Source of the DNA: Leucoraja erinacea
Lineage: Eukaryota
Assembly: GCF_028641065.1 (NCBI RefSeq)
Contig: NC_073396.1
Coordinates: forward strand, 10,044,001 to 10,108,000
DNA length: 64,000 nucleotides
Reading direction: 5' to 3'
Made by a program: the position numbers and the translations under genes. Under the pieces are notes generated by a model, which did no database searches, was not told the DNA's origin, and saw nothing but the letters and a program-made list of their open reading frames with translations. Below are positions 13,345 through 25,144 of this stretch, one piece after another (position 1 is the stretch's first letter; each line of letters begins with the position of its first letter).

Positions 13345-14225
13345 AAGTAAGTAAGTAAGTTTTATTTATATAGCACGTTTTAAGTCAACTCGCATTGACA
13401 CCAAAGTGCTTTACATAAATTAAATAATAAGTTCCATTACAAACCATAAAAAAAAAGGTTAAAAAAAAAAAATGAATAAAATGGACACAACACATTATAG
13501 AGTTCAACACAAACGTCCCCCCCACAGCAGAATCAAAACTTTCCACTGCGGAAAGGCACCAGAAAGTTAAGTTCTCTTCCTCTGTGAAACACCCGAGGTC
13601 GGGACCCATTTGTGGCCTTGCAGCCAGTCCGATGATTTTCAGGACCCTCTTGCCGTGAAGATGGAACTTCGGCGTCGGGTGAAACATTCCTCAGCGGCTT
13701 GGAAAAGTCTGGAGCGGCTGCCACCTCCCCGGAGACCTGGGCACTCGTAGCCCTCAGGCCGCACCGGTTGGAACTCCGACCCCGGCAAACTCGAACCCTG
13801 GCTCTGCGGTGCTCCAAATCCAGCGCCGCCCGCGGCCGGATGCCCGCAGCCCCAGCTCCGCGATGTTTGGATCGACGGCCACAGCGCTCCGGAGCTTACC
13901 GCACGGCGACCCGGTAAGGCATCGCCCACTCCGTGTTGGTATCCCAGCGCTGCGCCACCGCCGCCGAAGCTGTAGTCCCGGCCGGTCCCGACAGGAAACG
14001 CCGCTCCATTCTCGATGGTAGGCCGCGAGGACGGGGCGAAGAAGCAGCTTGGAGGGATGCGGCCTCTCCGACCAGGTAGGTGACTAAGAAATAAAGTTTC
14101 CCCCTTCCCCACCCCCACATAGAAGACCTCCGCTAACATTTTTTAACAGGACTTAAAATAAAACGAAATAAAAAAAGGTGTAGAGACGGACTGCGGGCAG
14201 GCTGCCATTCACAGACGGTGCCATT
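13345..14225 (-). mobile_element. GC-rich non-autonomous retroposon with L2-type tail
   Basis: GGCACC..ATGGCAGCC head, T-rich stretch plus G-run, CpG-rich body, tail gtaaagcactttgg...gtgctatataaataaa(ctta)n. Confidence 0.75.
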
Positions 14226-14940
14226 CACAGACACTCCCGCACATCCGCCACCCTTAACGTGAAAGGATATCACACACCCTTTTATTTTTTTTTGTAGAAA
14301 CAGCAATTTATTTTGGTTACTTTCAGTATGGTGCATTCCACCGTTGCTGCCCTCTCCCCTCCACACCTGGGAAATCAAACCCAGCTAGAAGTTCGTTTTG
14401 CTAACTACCTCTTTATTCCCTTCTGTAACATTTCCCATTTTGCTTTCCACCATCACCAGTTTGTCATTTAATCTTATCTGCCCTCCACATAAAAACAGAC
14501 CTTCCTCTTTGTTCGCTCCCTGCTTCTGTTCATCGTTACATAGTATTAAGTCTCAGGTTTCTTCTAGACTTTATGAAACTCATCAACATGAAATGTTAAC
14601 TCTGTTTCTCCTGTGCACAGACATTCCCTGACTTGCTGAGTGATACCAACGTTCTCTATTTTGTACTGAAGGAAATATATTGGAGCCGCTTACACATTAC
14701 GGCTTTGGTAATCACGGCAGCTGTAAGAGACAGAAAGAAATAGAAACGTAAACTATTCACATCACCAGTTATAGGGAATTTAAACAGGCAGATGGAAAGA
14801 TATGCAAACCAACATTCAAATGTTCGCGAACCTCAGGATGGGTAGAAAATAAGCATGTTTTCCAAGTATGCCATTTTTTGCTTGTCCGAATTCCAATTTG
14901 TTATGAAATTAACTCAGATATTGAAGTATACAAGTTCAGT

Positions 14941-15035
14941 CTGAAGAAGGGTCTCGAGCCGAAACGTCACCTATTCCTTTGCTCTAGAGATGCTGCCTGA
15001 CCCACTGAGTTACTCTGGCATTTCGTGTCTATCTT
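14941..15035 (+). mobile_element. Penelope-derived pseudo-LTR repeat with hammerhead core
   Basis: CTGAAGA-AGGGTCTCGAGCC-GAAAC-GTC followed by the family body gagatgctgcctgacccactgagttact. Confidence 0.7.
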
Positions 15036-15253
15036 ATTGAAGTATAGACCTTTATTTAGTCTCCTGCTTTAATCGTAACTGAGATTATATTTTTGGAGAA
15101 CAAGCTTATTTGACAGGTTTAAAGCCACAATAACATGAGTTGAAGGGGGTAGCAGCAAGGAAATGTTATGGCAGTGAAATAAATAAAATTCCACATCTTT
15201 AAAATTGTTACAAAATTAAATGAACATCTACTTCCTTTAGAGTTTGTTCCTAC

Positions 15254-15321
15254 CTCATCCCATTCCTCTGATCTCCCTTTGTGTGTTTTCACTTGGCCAA
15301 TATGTCCCCTTGAACAGTGCC
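15254..15321 (-). CDS. KATNIP: KATNIP candidate exon 2, (R)HCSRGHIGQVKTHKGRSEEWDE
   Basis: tttctttccaaag| ... GAG|gtagga; 68 nt, phase 1 in and phase 0 out, bridging exons 1 and 3. The peptide is poorly conserved, so the call rests on splice signals and phase. Confidence 0.6.
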
Positions 15322-15597
15322 CTTTGGAAAGAAATCAATGTGGCATTAGAGATATGGATTTGTGAGATAGAAAATGCCAATGAGTTTATTATTCACTAAA
15401 AACATGCAAGATAAAAATGATCAGCTAATGACATTATAAAGATTGACGATTTGCTCAACACAAATTGATAGATTCATAGATTAAATGAAGTTAAATAATT
15501 TTTACAGGTCTCCCATTTCAAAAACTCTTTTGCTCCTTCTAATGTTTGCAAATGCAAATAATGCAAGATTGTCCTGTTCAATCAATATTCATCAAGC

Positions 15598-15865
15598 TTA
15601 GTTTAGTTTGGAGACACAGCATGGAAACTGGCCCACGCCAACCAACAATCATCCATAACTCTAACCTACACAGTAGGGACAATTTACAAAGCCAATTAAC
15701 CTACAAACCTCTATGTCTGCGGAGTGAGGGAGAAAATCGAACACTTGCAGGAAATCCATATGGTCACAGGGAAAACGTGCAAACTCCATACAGACAGCAC
15801 CCATAGTCAAGATCAAACCTCAAGTCTCTGGTGCTGTAAAGCAGTAAATCTACTGCTGTGCTGCC
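15598..15865 (-). mobile_element. tRNA-derived V-core SINE (diverged)
   Basis: Family head, core and (aaact)n tail. Confidence 0.7.
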
Positions 15866-15917
15866 CGCAAAAGATGCCTACTTGCAAAAGATATATAATC
15901 AGGACTATCAGCCTGGT

Positions 15918-16232
15918 TAGAAGGGTCTCGACCCGAAACATCACCCATTCATTCTGTCCAGTGATACTGCCTGTCCCCCATGTGTAGGAAAGAACTGCAA
16001 ATGCTGGTTTAAATCGAAAATAAGACACAAAATGCTGGAATAACTCTGCGGGACAGGCAGCATCTCTGGAGAGAAGAAATGGGTGACTTTTCGGGTCGAG
16101 ACCCTTCTTCAGACTGATGTCAGGGGAGTGGGCGGGACAGAGATAGAATGTAGTCGGAGACAATAAGACTGGTAGGAGAACTGGGAAGGGGAGGGGATGG
16201 AGAGAGGGAAAGCAAGGGCTATTTGAAGTTCG
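15918..16232 (-). mobile_element. Penelope 3' end: ORF stop, pseudo-LTR with hammerhead motif, and an inverted partial copy
   Basis: Minus strand reads AAC TTC AAA TAG, a pyrimidine tract, then CTGAAGAAGGGTCTCGACCCGAAAAGTC (16112-16085); the inverted copy is at 15918-15978. Confidence 0.7.
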
Positions 16233-16432
16233 CCAAGAAAACATCACAAGATTGAGGTTGAAAATGTGAGCTTTTGTGATGAGGGAAACAACATTATGGG
16301 GATTGGGATCGGTGGTCCTTGTCACTGACAGGAAATGAATCCAAAAGATCAGCTAGTGGTTGCATCAGAGAGGTTTTGAGTTCTCTAGTTCAATGTAGGA
16401 GCAGTAGCACTGACTGGATTCGTTAGATTAAA

Positions 16433-16737
16433 GAGCGGCACAGTGGTGCAGTTGAAAGAGCTGCTTCCTCACAGTGCCCCGGTTCCAGAGACCCAGGTTC
16501 GATCCTAACCTCAGGTGCTGTTTGTGTGAATTTTGCACGTTCTCCCTATGACCACGTGGGATTCCTCCAGATGCTCTGGTTACTTCCCACATCCAAAGAT
16601 GTGTGGGTTTGTTAATTGGTCTGTGTGACTTGCCCCTAGTGTGCAAGGAGTGGATGGGAAAGTGGGATAACATACAACTAGCGTGAATGGTTGGATGTGG
16701 ACTCAGTGGGCTAAAGGGCCTCTTGCCATGCTGTATA
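16433..16737 (+). mobile_element. tRNA-derived V-core SINE
   Basis: gcggcacagtggtgcag head, V-core and CR1 tail. Confidence 0.8.
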
Positions 16738-17274
16738 AACTGAAGTAAATAAATGCAATAGCTGAAAAAAAGCAGGGCAGAAAATGGGTATCCTGCTATT
16801 GCGATTCATATCTCAAATCCCCAAAGTCGTACAAAGGCACAAGTCAAAAGAATGATGGAATAATCTCAACTTGCCTGGATAAGTGGAGCTCCAGTGACAC
16901 ATTAGAGCTTTAGAAACTATCCCGAACATAGCACTGCATTTGATTCTTACCCTATCCATCAAAACAAACAATCACGCCCGCCACAAGGGAACCACAGCTA
17001 TATGGTGTATTATTTACAAATGATTGCAGTTATTAATCAAGGACACTCGGACAGTCTTCCACCATTTAGAAGGGAATGGGCAAGGCACTTGGGAATACCA
17101 AAATCTGCAAGCACCATTCCCAATCATCTTAAGAATACTTTGCAATGTTGTGAGCAATGCTGACTCTGTCTGCAAAGAAAAAAAGTTTAAACAAGAGTAA
17201 AAACATTCTCTCCATAGATGTTTCAGTATCTTCAGCATCCGCTTTATTTCACACTTCTAGCATCAATGATAAAC

Positions 17275-19080
17275 AAAGTCAAGAGTGCAACCAAAGACAC
17301 AATCTTTAGAGGATCCAAGTTACTGAGGTTAGTGTAGCAGTGTTTGCTGGGAAGAAGCTGTTCTTGAACCTGGTGGTCACAGTATTCAAGCTTTTGTACA
17401 TTCTTCCCAATCGTAGCGATTAAATGACAGCATGGTGATATTTATTAGTTGCTTTTTTGAGGCAGCAGCTGCTATATATCCCTCTGAAGGGAGGCGGGTG
17501 GTGGGAGGTCAGCATCTACGATAGATTGAGCAATGTCTACCATTCTCTGTAGTCTCCTTCCTTTTTTGTGTGTTTGATTTACCCAACTAGGCTGTGAAGC
17601 AATCAGCATGTTCAAAGATAGAAACATAAAGCTGGAGTCAGATTCAGATTCAGATTCAGATTCAACTCAGCGGGTAAGACAGCATCTCTGGAGAAAAGGA
17701 ATATGTGACGTTTCATACGTCTATCTCTCATACACCTGTAGATGTTCGATAGAATATTCACAAACATATTGAATCTCCTCAATCTTCTAAGGAAGTAGAG
17801 ATGTTTCTTTGTGATTGCATTGATGTGCTGGGCCCAGGACAGATCTTCAGAGATATGCACTTAGGAACTTGAAGCTGTTGACTCTCTCTACCACTGTCCT
17901 ATCCATAAAAACAAATGTAGATTCCGGGCTTTAGCTTCCTGAAGTCAACAATCAGTGCCTTGGTCTTACTGACATTGTCAGCAAGATTATTGTTCTATAC
18001 CAATCAGATTTTCAATCTTTTTCCTGTACTCCAGCTCATCATTATTCATTATTCGTCCAACAATGGTGGTATCATGGGCAAATTTAGAGATGGCATTGGA
18101 GCTGTGTCCAGCTGCACAGTCACAGTTATAGAGAGAGTGGAGCAGAGAGAGAGCGCAGAGCCTTGAAGTGCTCCTGTGTTGAAAGTTATCAAGGAGAAAA
18201 TATTGTTGTTCATTCGTATTGATTATGGTGTGCCAATGAGGAAGTCGAGGATGCATAGGGACAAGCTGAGACCCAGTTCTGTGAGTTTGACGACAAGTTT
18301 AGAGGAGATGAGGGCGTTGAATGCCGAGTTGTAGTCGGTGAACAACAATCTGACATAGGTGGCCTTATTGTCTAGGTAATTTAGTGCAGAATGGAAAGCC
18401 AGCGAGAGAGTATCCCCTGTTATCTCTTAAGCCAGTGGGCAAATTGCAGTGAGTCCAGGTCCTTACCAAGCCAGGAGTTGATATTCATCATAACCAGCTT
18501 CTCTTGAAACTTCACTCACTGCAGATGTTAATGTTACTGTTCTATAGTCAGTGATATGCCAACTTATTTTTCTTGGGTACCGGTATTATGGATGCCGTCT
18601 CAAAGCAGGAGGGAGGTCAAAGACTTCAGTGATGAGAGGTTGAAATTGTCTGAAAAAGTCAGGCTAGTCAGTTCATGCAGGTTTTAAGAACATGACCAGG
18701 AATCGTTGCCGTGCGTCGGGGCTGAATGCTTCCCAAGTGTTCATGAAGGATCTTCACAATAAGCCTCAGTGACTGAGATTGCAGCATCGCTGGGGATTAT
18801 GTCGCGTGGGAGGCAACGACTAGGTACTTGGATATTCTCCTTTTTGAAGTAAGCTTTAAAAGCATTGAGTTTGCCCGAGAGTGATGCCTCACTATCACTT
18901 GAGCTACCACTTGGTTCTGCCTTGTACGAAGTTTCGGCATGCAAGCACTGCCACAGTTGCTAAATGCCCAACTCATCCTCCAGTTTAGACTGAAAGTACC
19001 TCTTTGCTTTTCTGATGGTCTTGTCAAGGTCGTACCTGGTCTTCCTATAGGACCCTGCATCACCAAGACCTGATCTTCAA
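17275..19080 (-). mobile_element. Rex1/Babar-type LINE ORF2 relic (~1.8 kb, frameshifted)
   Basis: Peptides HISEDLSWAQHINAITKK..LYFLRRLRRF, LYNCDCAAGHSSNAISKFAHDTTIVG and a DYNSAFN-like motif. Confidence 0.85.
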
Positions 19081-19304
19081 TAGATTACAGACCTCCTGAC
19101 ACCATCAGGTTCAGGAACAGCTGCTACAATCAGGTTTTCGATTCAACCTTGTTTTCTACAACATTCTCCAGGTCCCTTCCATTTACCGTGCCTGTTCTCC
19201 AACCCTCCACTACCAATCACTGACTCCTTCCACTGTCTTTTGTGTATTCAATTGGCAACTGGATCATATGTGATCTAAAGTTCCCAACTTGTCAACTCGC
19301 AAAG

Positions 19305-19567
19305 AGGAAGGGGGAGAGAGCGAGAGAGAGGCGAGTGTGGGGAGAGAGGGATAGGGGGGGGGGGGGGGGGGGGGGGGGAAGAGCGAGAGGGAGGAGCAAG
19401 GGGGGGGAGGGAGCGGGGGGGGGAGAGAGGGGGGGGGAGAGAGGGGGGGGGGGGAGAGAGGGGGGGGGGAGAGAGGGGGGGAGAAGAGAGGGGGGGGGAG
19501 AGAGAGAGGAGGAGGGGGGGGGAGAGAGAGGGGGGGGGGGAGAGAGAGAGGGGGGGAGAGGGGGGGG
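19305..19567 (+). repeat. Polypurine (G/GA)n low-complexity tract in KATNIP intron 1
   Basis: About 260 nt made almost entirely of G and A, with long G runs. Confidence 0.9.
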
Positions 19568-19915
19568 TCGTGCCTGCAGGACACCGATACGTGAAGCAGC
19601 CCCCCCGCCCATGTCCCACTCACGCTCCATGCCGCCGGTCGGGCGCGGGCTCCCCTAGCCTCGGGCCGCCGCCTCCAACTTCCGGCCGCGCTGCCGGTTG
19701 CGCCGGTAACGGGGGCGGGGAGGAGTGGCCATCAGAGCGCGCTTCCGGTCAGAGCAAACCAATCGCGCCGCACCTTCGCTGCCTGGCAACCGGGTAGGGC
19801 GGCCTAGTCTGCAGGGGTCTCCGCGCTCCGGCCCTCGGGCTCCAGTCACCGAGCCCCCAGGCTTCCCTGTGCCCCGGGGGCGTCTCCTGCAGCCGACTTT
19901 GAAGACGCGGAAGGT
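19565..19915. promoter_or_regulatory. CpG-island promoter of KATNIP, probably bidirectional, with RFX X-box, ETS, GC-box and CCAAT motifs
   Basis: CpG-dense. GTTGCGCCGGTAAC at 19697-19710 and GCTGCCTGGCAAC at 19778-19790 are X-box-like; CTTCCGG at ~19679 and ~19742; GGGGCGGGG at 19712-19720; CCAAT at 19759-19763. Confidence 0.8.
19624..19630 (-). CDS. KATNIP: KATNIP coding exon 1 (ATG GAG C)
   Basis: Minus strand reads ggcggcATGGAGC|gtgagt: strong Kozak context and a consensus donor inside a CpG island. Its phase-1 end fits the next exon. Confidence 0.8.
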
Positions 19916-20279
19916 ACAAACCAAAGATACTAGAGGATCTAGTTCAGTAAATGTGATGAAAATGTCTCAAAAAAAGGCTTTAACCTCTAGTATCTTTGGT
20001 ACAAACCCTGGTTGCTGGAGTAACTCAAAGCGGGTCAGGCAACAGCAGCAGCAGCAGCAGCATTATTATCATCATCCCTGAAGAACACGGACATTGCGTG
20101 CTATTTTCGTGATATTTATTTTAGTTGTTTATCTTTTAATATTTTACCTTGTATGTATCGTTAGCTTTTAGAAATGTTTGAATGCTGCACTGGCTGGCTG
20201 ACATTTTTAAATTTCGTTGTACATGGTTCATGTTACAATGACAATAAAGAAACTATTCTATTCTATATATACAAGTGCC

Positions 20280-20810
20280 ATCTGTAGGATGGAACCTCAG
20301 ATGCTGGTTTACACCGATGATAGATACAGGAGGATGCTGGAGTAACTCAGCGGGACAGGCAGCATCTCTGGAGAGAAGGAATGGGCCCAAAACGTCACCC
20401 ATTCCTTCTCTCCAGAGATGCTGCCTGTCCCGCTGAGTTACTCCAGCATTTTGTGTCCATCTTCTGCCAAATCCCATTCTGGGGTACACAAAAAAGCTGG
20501 AGAAACTCAGCGGGGTGCAGCAGCATCTATGGAGCGAAGGAAATAGGCAACGTTTCAGGCCGAAACCCTTCTTCAGACCATAGATTCATTCAGATCATTA
20601 CCCTTCCTTCGCTCCCTAGATGCTGCTGCACCCGCTAAGTTTCTCCAGCTTTTTTTGTGTACCTTCGATTTTCCAGCATCTGCAGTTCCTTCTTAAATCC
20701 CATTCTGAGTATAGGCGCCTTTTTATATAGTGGAGAATCTGAAGAAGGGACCTGCCCATCCATATTCCTGCTGCAGAGACGCTGCCCGACCCGCTGAGTC
20801 TCTCCAGCCC
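20280..20810. repeat. Cluster of inverted Penelope pseudo-LTR repeats
   Basis: Alternating-orientation copies of gagatgctgcctgtcccgctgagttactccagca; hammerhead core on minus at 20576-20549. Confidence 0.8.
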
Positions 20811-23029
20811 TCCTTGTCCTTTTTTCCGAGTTATATTAAGGATTATGTAAACTCAGGTGAAGAAACCAAACAACATCCCCCAGCACTGAAGATGCAACGA
20901 GGAAAGAAACCTGTAACACCTTCGGTTAGATATATGTTATGCTAACTTATTTAAATTATTTCTGGGATCTTCTTTCCCTGTTTTTTGTTTATGTAAGGCT
21001 ATGGCAAATCATACCAACATTCCCAAAGACTGGATTTCGTTTGGATCAAGACAGCACATATTTGTCTTATTAATTAAACAAAACGTTTCAGTGTCCTTAG
21101 AGCAGGAAACCAAGGAAATCTTAATATTTTACACATTGAGCCAGGGCACAAGTTATCCCTTTACAGTATAAACACAAAGCAAATCAAGGGTTATGTGGAG
21201 ATGACAGGAGAATGAGGTTGTGGCGGAAAGATAGATTAGCCATGATTTAATGGTGGAGTATTCTCGATGGCCTACTTCTATGACTTACGAAATGATAAAT
21301 CGAATTTAATGTCACATCAAATCACATCATATCTTCCTAAATTACTACAGAGAAAATAAAAAATCAGAGGTAGGTTCACTGTTCAAATTAAATGAACATT
21401 TTTTCCACTTGCTTTTCAATTCTCTTCATCTCTTCCTGACTTATTTTGCTAAAACCTTTTTTTGAGACATTTTCACCACCTTTACTGAACTAGATCCTCA
21501 CCAAAACCGTTCTCATTTCATGCACAACTGAGAGACCAGACTCACAGCAAAGACTCCAAGACTTCCAGACACACTTCCAGGTCTTTTCTCTTATAACCCT
21601 TCCATTGAGACAGAAAGGACTCCAAGGTCGTGACTGGGAGTTTGATCCGCTGCCTATTCAGCTTGGAGCTGCCATTCACTCAGCACCCTGAACACGTGGA
21701 TGAGTCGAAGGAGGGGATCCCACAAGCTGCTCCCAAGCTCACACTCGATCTCGACACCTCCATCTTCTGCCAGGGGTTTGTTCAGCTGAACAAACGGCAT
21801 CCTAAACCCCTCCGCCGGGCGCATCCGCCGCTCACGGTGTAGCGGGCAAACAGGCGTGCGGATCAAGAATCTTATCACACTGGTATTCAAACACTTAAAT
21901 AGGAGCGGCATAGGACAATATACTTGCAAACGGGATTAGTGCAGATGAACAAAAAGATGAATGTGATGGGCAGGAGGGCCTGTTTGTAGCTGTACAACGC
22001 TCTGACTATATGCAGCATACCAGAAGTAAACAGAAGACCTACTGTTGAGACTAAAGACGATACTCTGGTCCAAACAAAGAGGGTTTCTTTTACCGCTTCT
22101 AAATGCAATCTGAGCCTCTCTTAAATGAAATGAATTGTGACCACCGCAAACAGTACAAGTCTGTTTTCTGCAAACTTTTCCATGAAACTACACGCCAGCT
22201 TCGCAAAGGCAAAGATGTCTGCAGCATCTTTAACAATTTGTGCAGGATGCATGACACTCTCGGACTATTTGGAAAACGTAGCATTCTCAGCGGTTTGTCT
22301 GCAATGTCACCAAAAGGTTAAAAAACATTTATGATTGATCTTTGTGTCCAGACCACTTGTTATTGTTAGAATAGGTTTCGCATTTGTGGAACAATTTTGA
22401 AAGAAAATAGATTAATAATGCCCTCAAAGAATTTAAATCACCTTTAGTTGTGTAGAAACTTTGGAATGGAATGGGATACTTTATTGTCACATGTGACAAG
22501 GCACAGTGAAATTCTTTGCTTGCATGCCCTAGGTATGCAAATAGTCGCCCATAAAGGGCGTTTACAGTACCCGTGCGCCAGGTCGGCCTTTGTTCTTCCC
22601 CATCCCCCCTCGCTCACGGCAGTCCCCCCCACGCCTTGTCCTCCATTGTCCATTGTTCTTTCCCCTCCCTCCTGGTGGTCCCCCATGCCATGTCCTCATC
22701 GTTCATTGTTCTTCCCCCTCCCTCACGGCAGTTCCCCACGCTGACAAAGTTACAAAGTACCCCCGCCAGCTCCTCCTTTGTTCTCTCCCCCCAACTCCCA
22801 TTCCCCACCAAAGAACCAGCCTCCACCGCCGAGGCAGAGAATTCCACAGACTCACAACTCTCTGTGTGAAAAAGTGTTTCCTCATCTCCGTTCCAAATGG
22901 CTTACCCCTTATTCTTAAGATGTATAAGATATATTGTTGAATGTATAAAGTTGGTATCTCATGAGTAAGCATGTAAAGGACAGTGGTTATCTAATGAACA
23001 GCTTCTCTTTCATCTCCCCTCTCTATTTC

Positions 23030-23378
23030 ATCTACACTCCCCAATACTGCACATAAGGGGCAATTTATAGAAGTCAATTAATCTACTAGTCCACGCAAAA
23101 GATCATAAAGTGCTGAATTAACTCAAGGGGTCAGGTAGCATCTCTAGATTACATGAACCCAGATAATGCTTTGGGTTGGGACCCTTCTTCAGACTAACAT
23201 CTGCAGCTTGATATTTCTTCCAATACACATATCATTGTAACGTGGGAGAAGAGCGGAGAACCTCGGGGAAATCCAGGCAATCACAAGGAGAACGTGCAGA
23301 CTCCACACAGACCGCACTGGAAGTCAGAACTGAACTGAAGACTGGAGCTAGGAGGCAGCAGCTCTACTAGCTGCACTG
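23030..23378 (-). mobile_element. Diverged tRNA-SINE with a nested Penelope-derived repeat at ~23100-23215
   Basis: SINE head and core split by a gacccttcttcagac-containing repeat. Confidence 0.6.
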
Positions 23379-23489
23379 GTTTGTTGTTCCCTGTTGCCTT
23401 GATTAGTTGGGGCTTGGATGGCTCATAGTTTGCGTGTTTTACTGATGCAGCTAATAGTCACATTGAATAGAATGTCTGCTAAACATATT

Positions 23490-24025
23490 CATTGTACAGT
23501 AAAGAGCATATTGATGGGTTGCATCATGGCCTGGTTTGGCAACTCAAACGCCCAGGAACAAAGAAGATTGCAAAAAGTGGTGAACAGTACGGGCACTGAC
23601 CTCCCCACCATGCTTCACAAACACAGCCAGCATCATCAGAGACGCACACCATCCTGGCCAGACTCACGCCACCCTGACCATGCCCTCATTTCACCCCTGC
23701 CATCATGAAGAAGGTATAGGAGCCTGAAAATTAATGTTCAGGTTCAGGAGCAGCTTCTTCCCTACAATTACCAAACTATTAAACACTACAACCTTCACTT
23801 AGGCTCTGAACTACATAGACATGGTGACATTGTTGTTGACTTTGCACTACTATTGTCTATTTATTTGTCTGCTTGTTTATTTTTATATATATACTGAACT
23901 TTTTGTATTGGTTATTATGGGTTTTACAGAATAATGTGTTTAACATGTCTGTTGTGCTGCTACAAGTAAAAATGTTATTGTTCTGTTTCAGGACATATTA
24001 CAATAAAAAACTCTTGACTCGTGAC
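23490..24025 (+). mobile_element. Rex1/Babar LINE 3' relic
   Basis: CTVKSILMGCIMAWFGNSNAQEQRRLQKVV peptide; tail acaataaa...cttgact. Confidence 0.8.
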
Positions 24026-24844
24026 TTTGCACTTAGCCAGAGGTGACAAGTCTTCAAAAATAGTAGGGAAGCCACTACATCAAACTAGTAAAGGTGCCGT
24101 GAGTGGGATGAAAATATGCAATGAACATTTATCCACTTGAGCCCATCAATGTTTCAGGTAGATTATGGCTTATCTCTACTCACCCATAATCTTTAATACT
24201 CTTGCCACACAAAAATCTATAAAGTTTAGATTTGACATTTTGAATTGGGTTAGTTTCAGGAGCTTATTTGAGGAAGAGCTTCAGATTTCCATTATCTCTT
24301 GCATGAATAGTTGCAAGGGGCGTCACACCTGACCAAGCTTGATCTTATTTTATGCTACCTTCTATCAGGTCATGCAATATCATTCTATCTATCCTACCTT
24401 TGTTTAATCATCTTAAATATTTCTATTATATTAGCTCACAGCTTTATACACTCAGGCAGGAAATCTAAGCCACTTTCTGAAATTACAAAAACATTTTTGT
24501 AAAAAAAACATTTTGTAATTTAACCCTTTAAGGCTCCTTATCACCAGGGAATCAGTATATCTTCCACTCTAAAGTTATCCCATTCAGGTTATGTGTACTC
24601 ACACCTACTTTTCGTCCCATTTAAATGATACTATTTTTTTTAAAACCTTGGTTCTTTTGAAAGGATGGATAAAGACAGCGAAAGCAAAGACAAAGAGGAT
24701 AACACACTTTCCCTCTTGAGGAAGACTACAGAATCATGGGACACGCAGAAGCGCCCTGTATTTATAGAATAATTCAGGATGAAGCTGACAAGCTAATGGA
24801 AATGTTGAATCGTCTTAAAGAGCCTAATATACATTTGGACTTTT

Positions 24845-25076
24845 CTTCTTGCGAATGAAACATAAACCAAAGGAATAGTTAGATCTCAAGCCGGGTGTTG
24901 AGCAGCCAGGTTGTTGTCTCTGCATCAATGTCTGCCAGGCCCTGAGCTCCATTTGGTGGGTGGTAGAGCGAGCACCCAGAGATGACATGGTTGGCTGTCT
25001 GCCGTTCTGCTCCGCATTCAAAGGCTGGGCTCTGGCAGAGTCCCCAACTCCACATGCTGGCATTGAAACGCCCACT
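24845..25076 (-). mobile_element. 5'-truncated Vingi/Ingi-like LINE with TSD
   Basis: C-terminal peptide GRFNASMWSWGLCQSPAFECGAERQTANHVISGCSLY...WLLNTRLEI* (zinc-knuckle region); tail cgcaagaag; TSD TTTGGACTTTT at 24834-24844 and 25077-25087. Confidence 0.75.
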
Positions 25077-25144
25077 TTTGGACTTTTGATACACTGTGAT
25101 TCATTGCAGCTGTCGCACCGTTGAACAATAAGCTCATTATTGTG

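Noticed and set aside
13385-14139. CpG-rich region as an alternative KATNIP promoter or exon
   Set aside because: It is explained by a retroposon with an L2-type tail, and the KATNIP exon phases close without it.
19242-19658. Gly/Pro-rich ORFs
   Set aside because: They are translations of the polypurine tract in intron 1.
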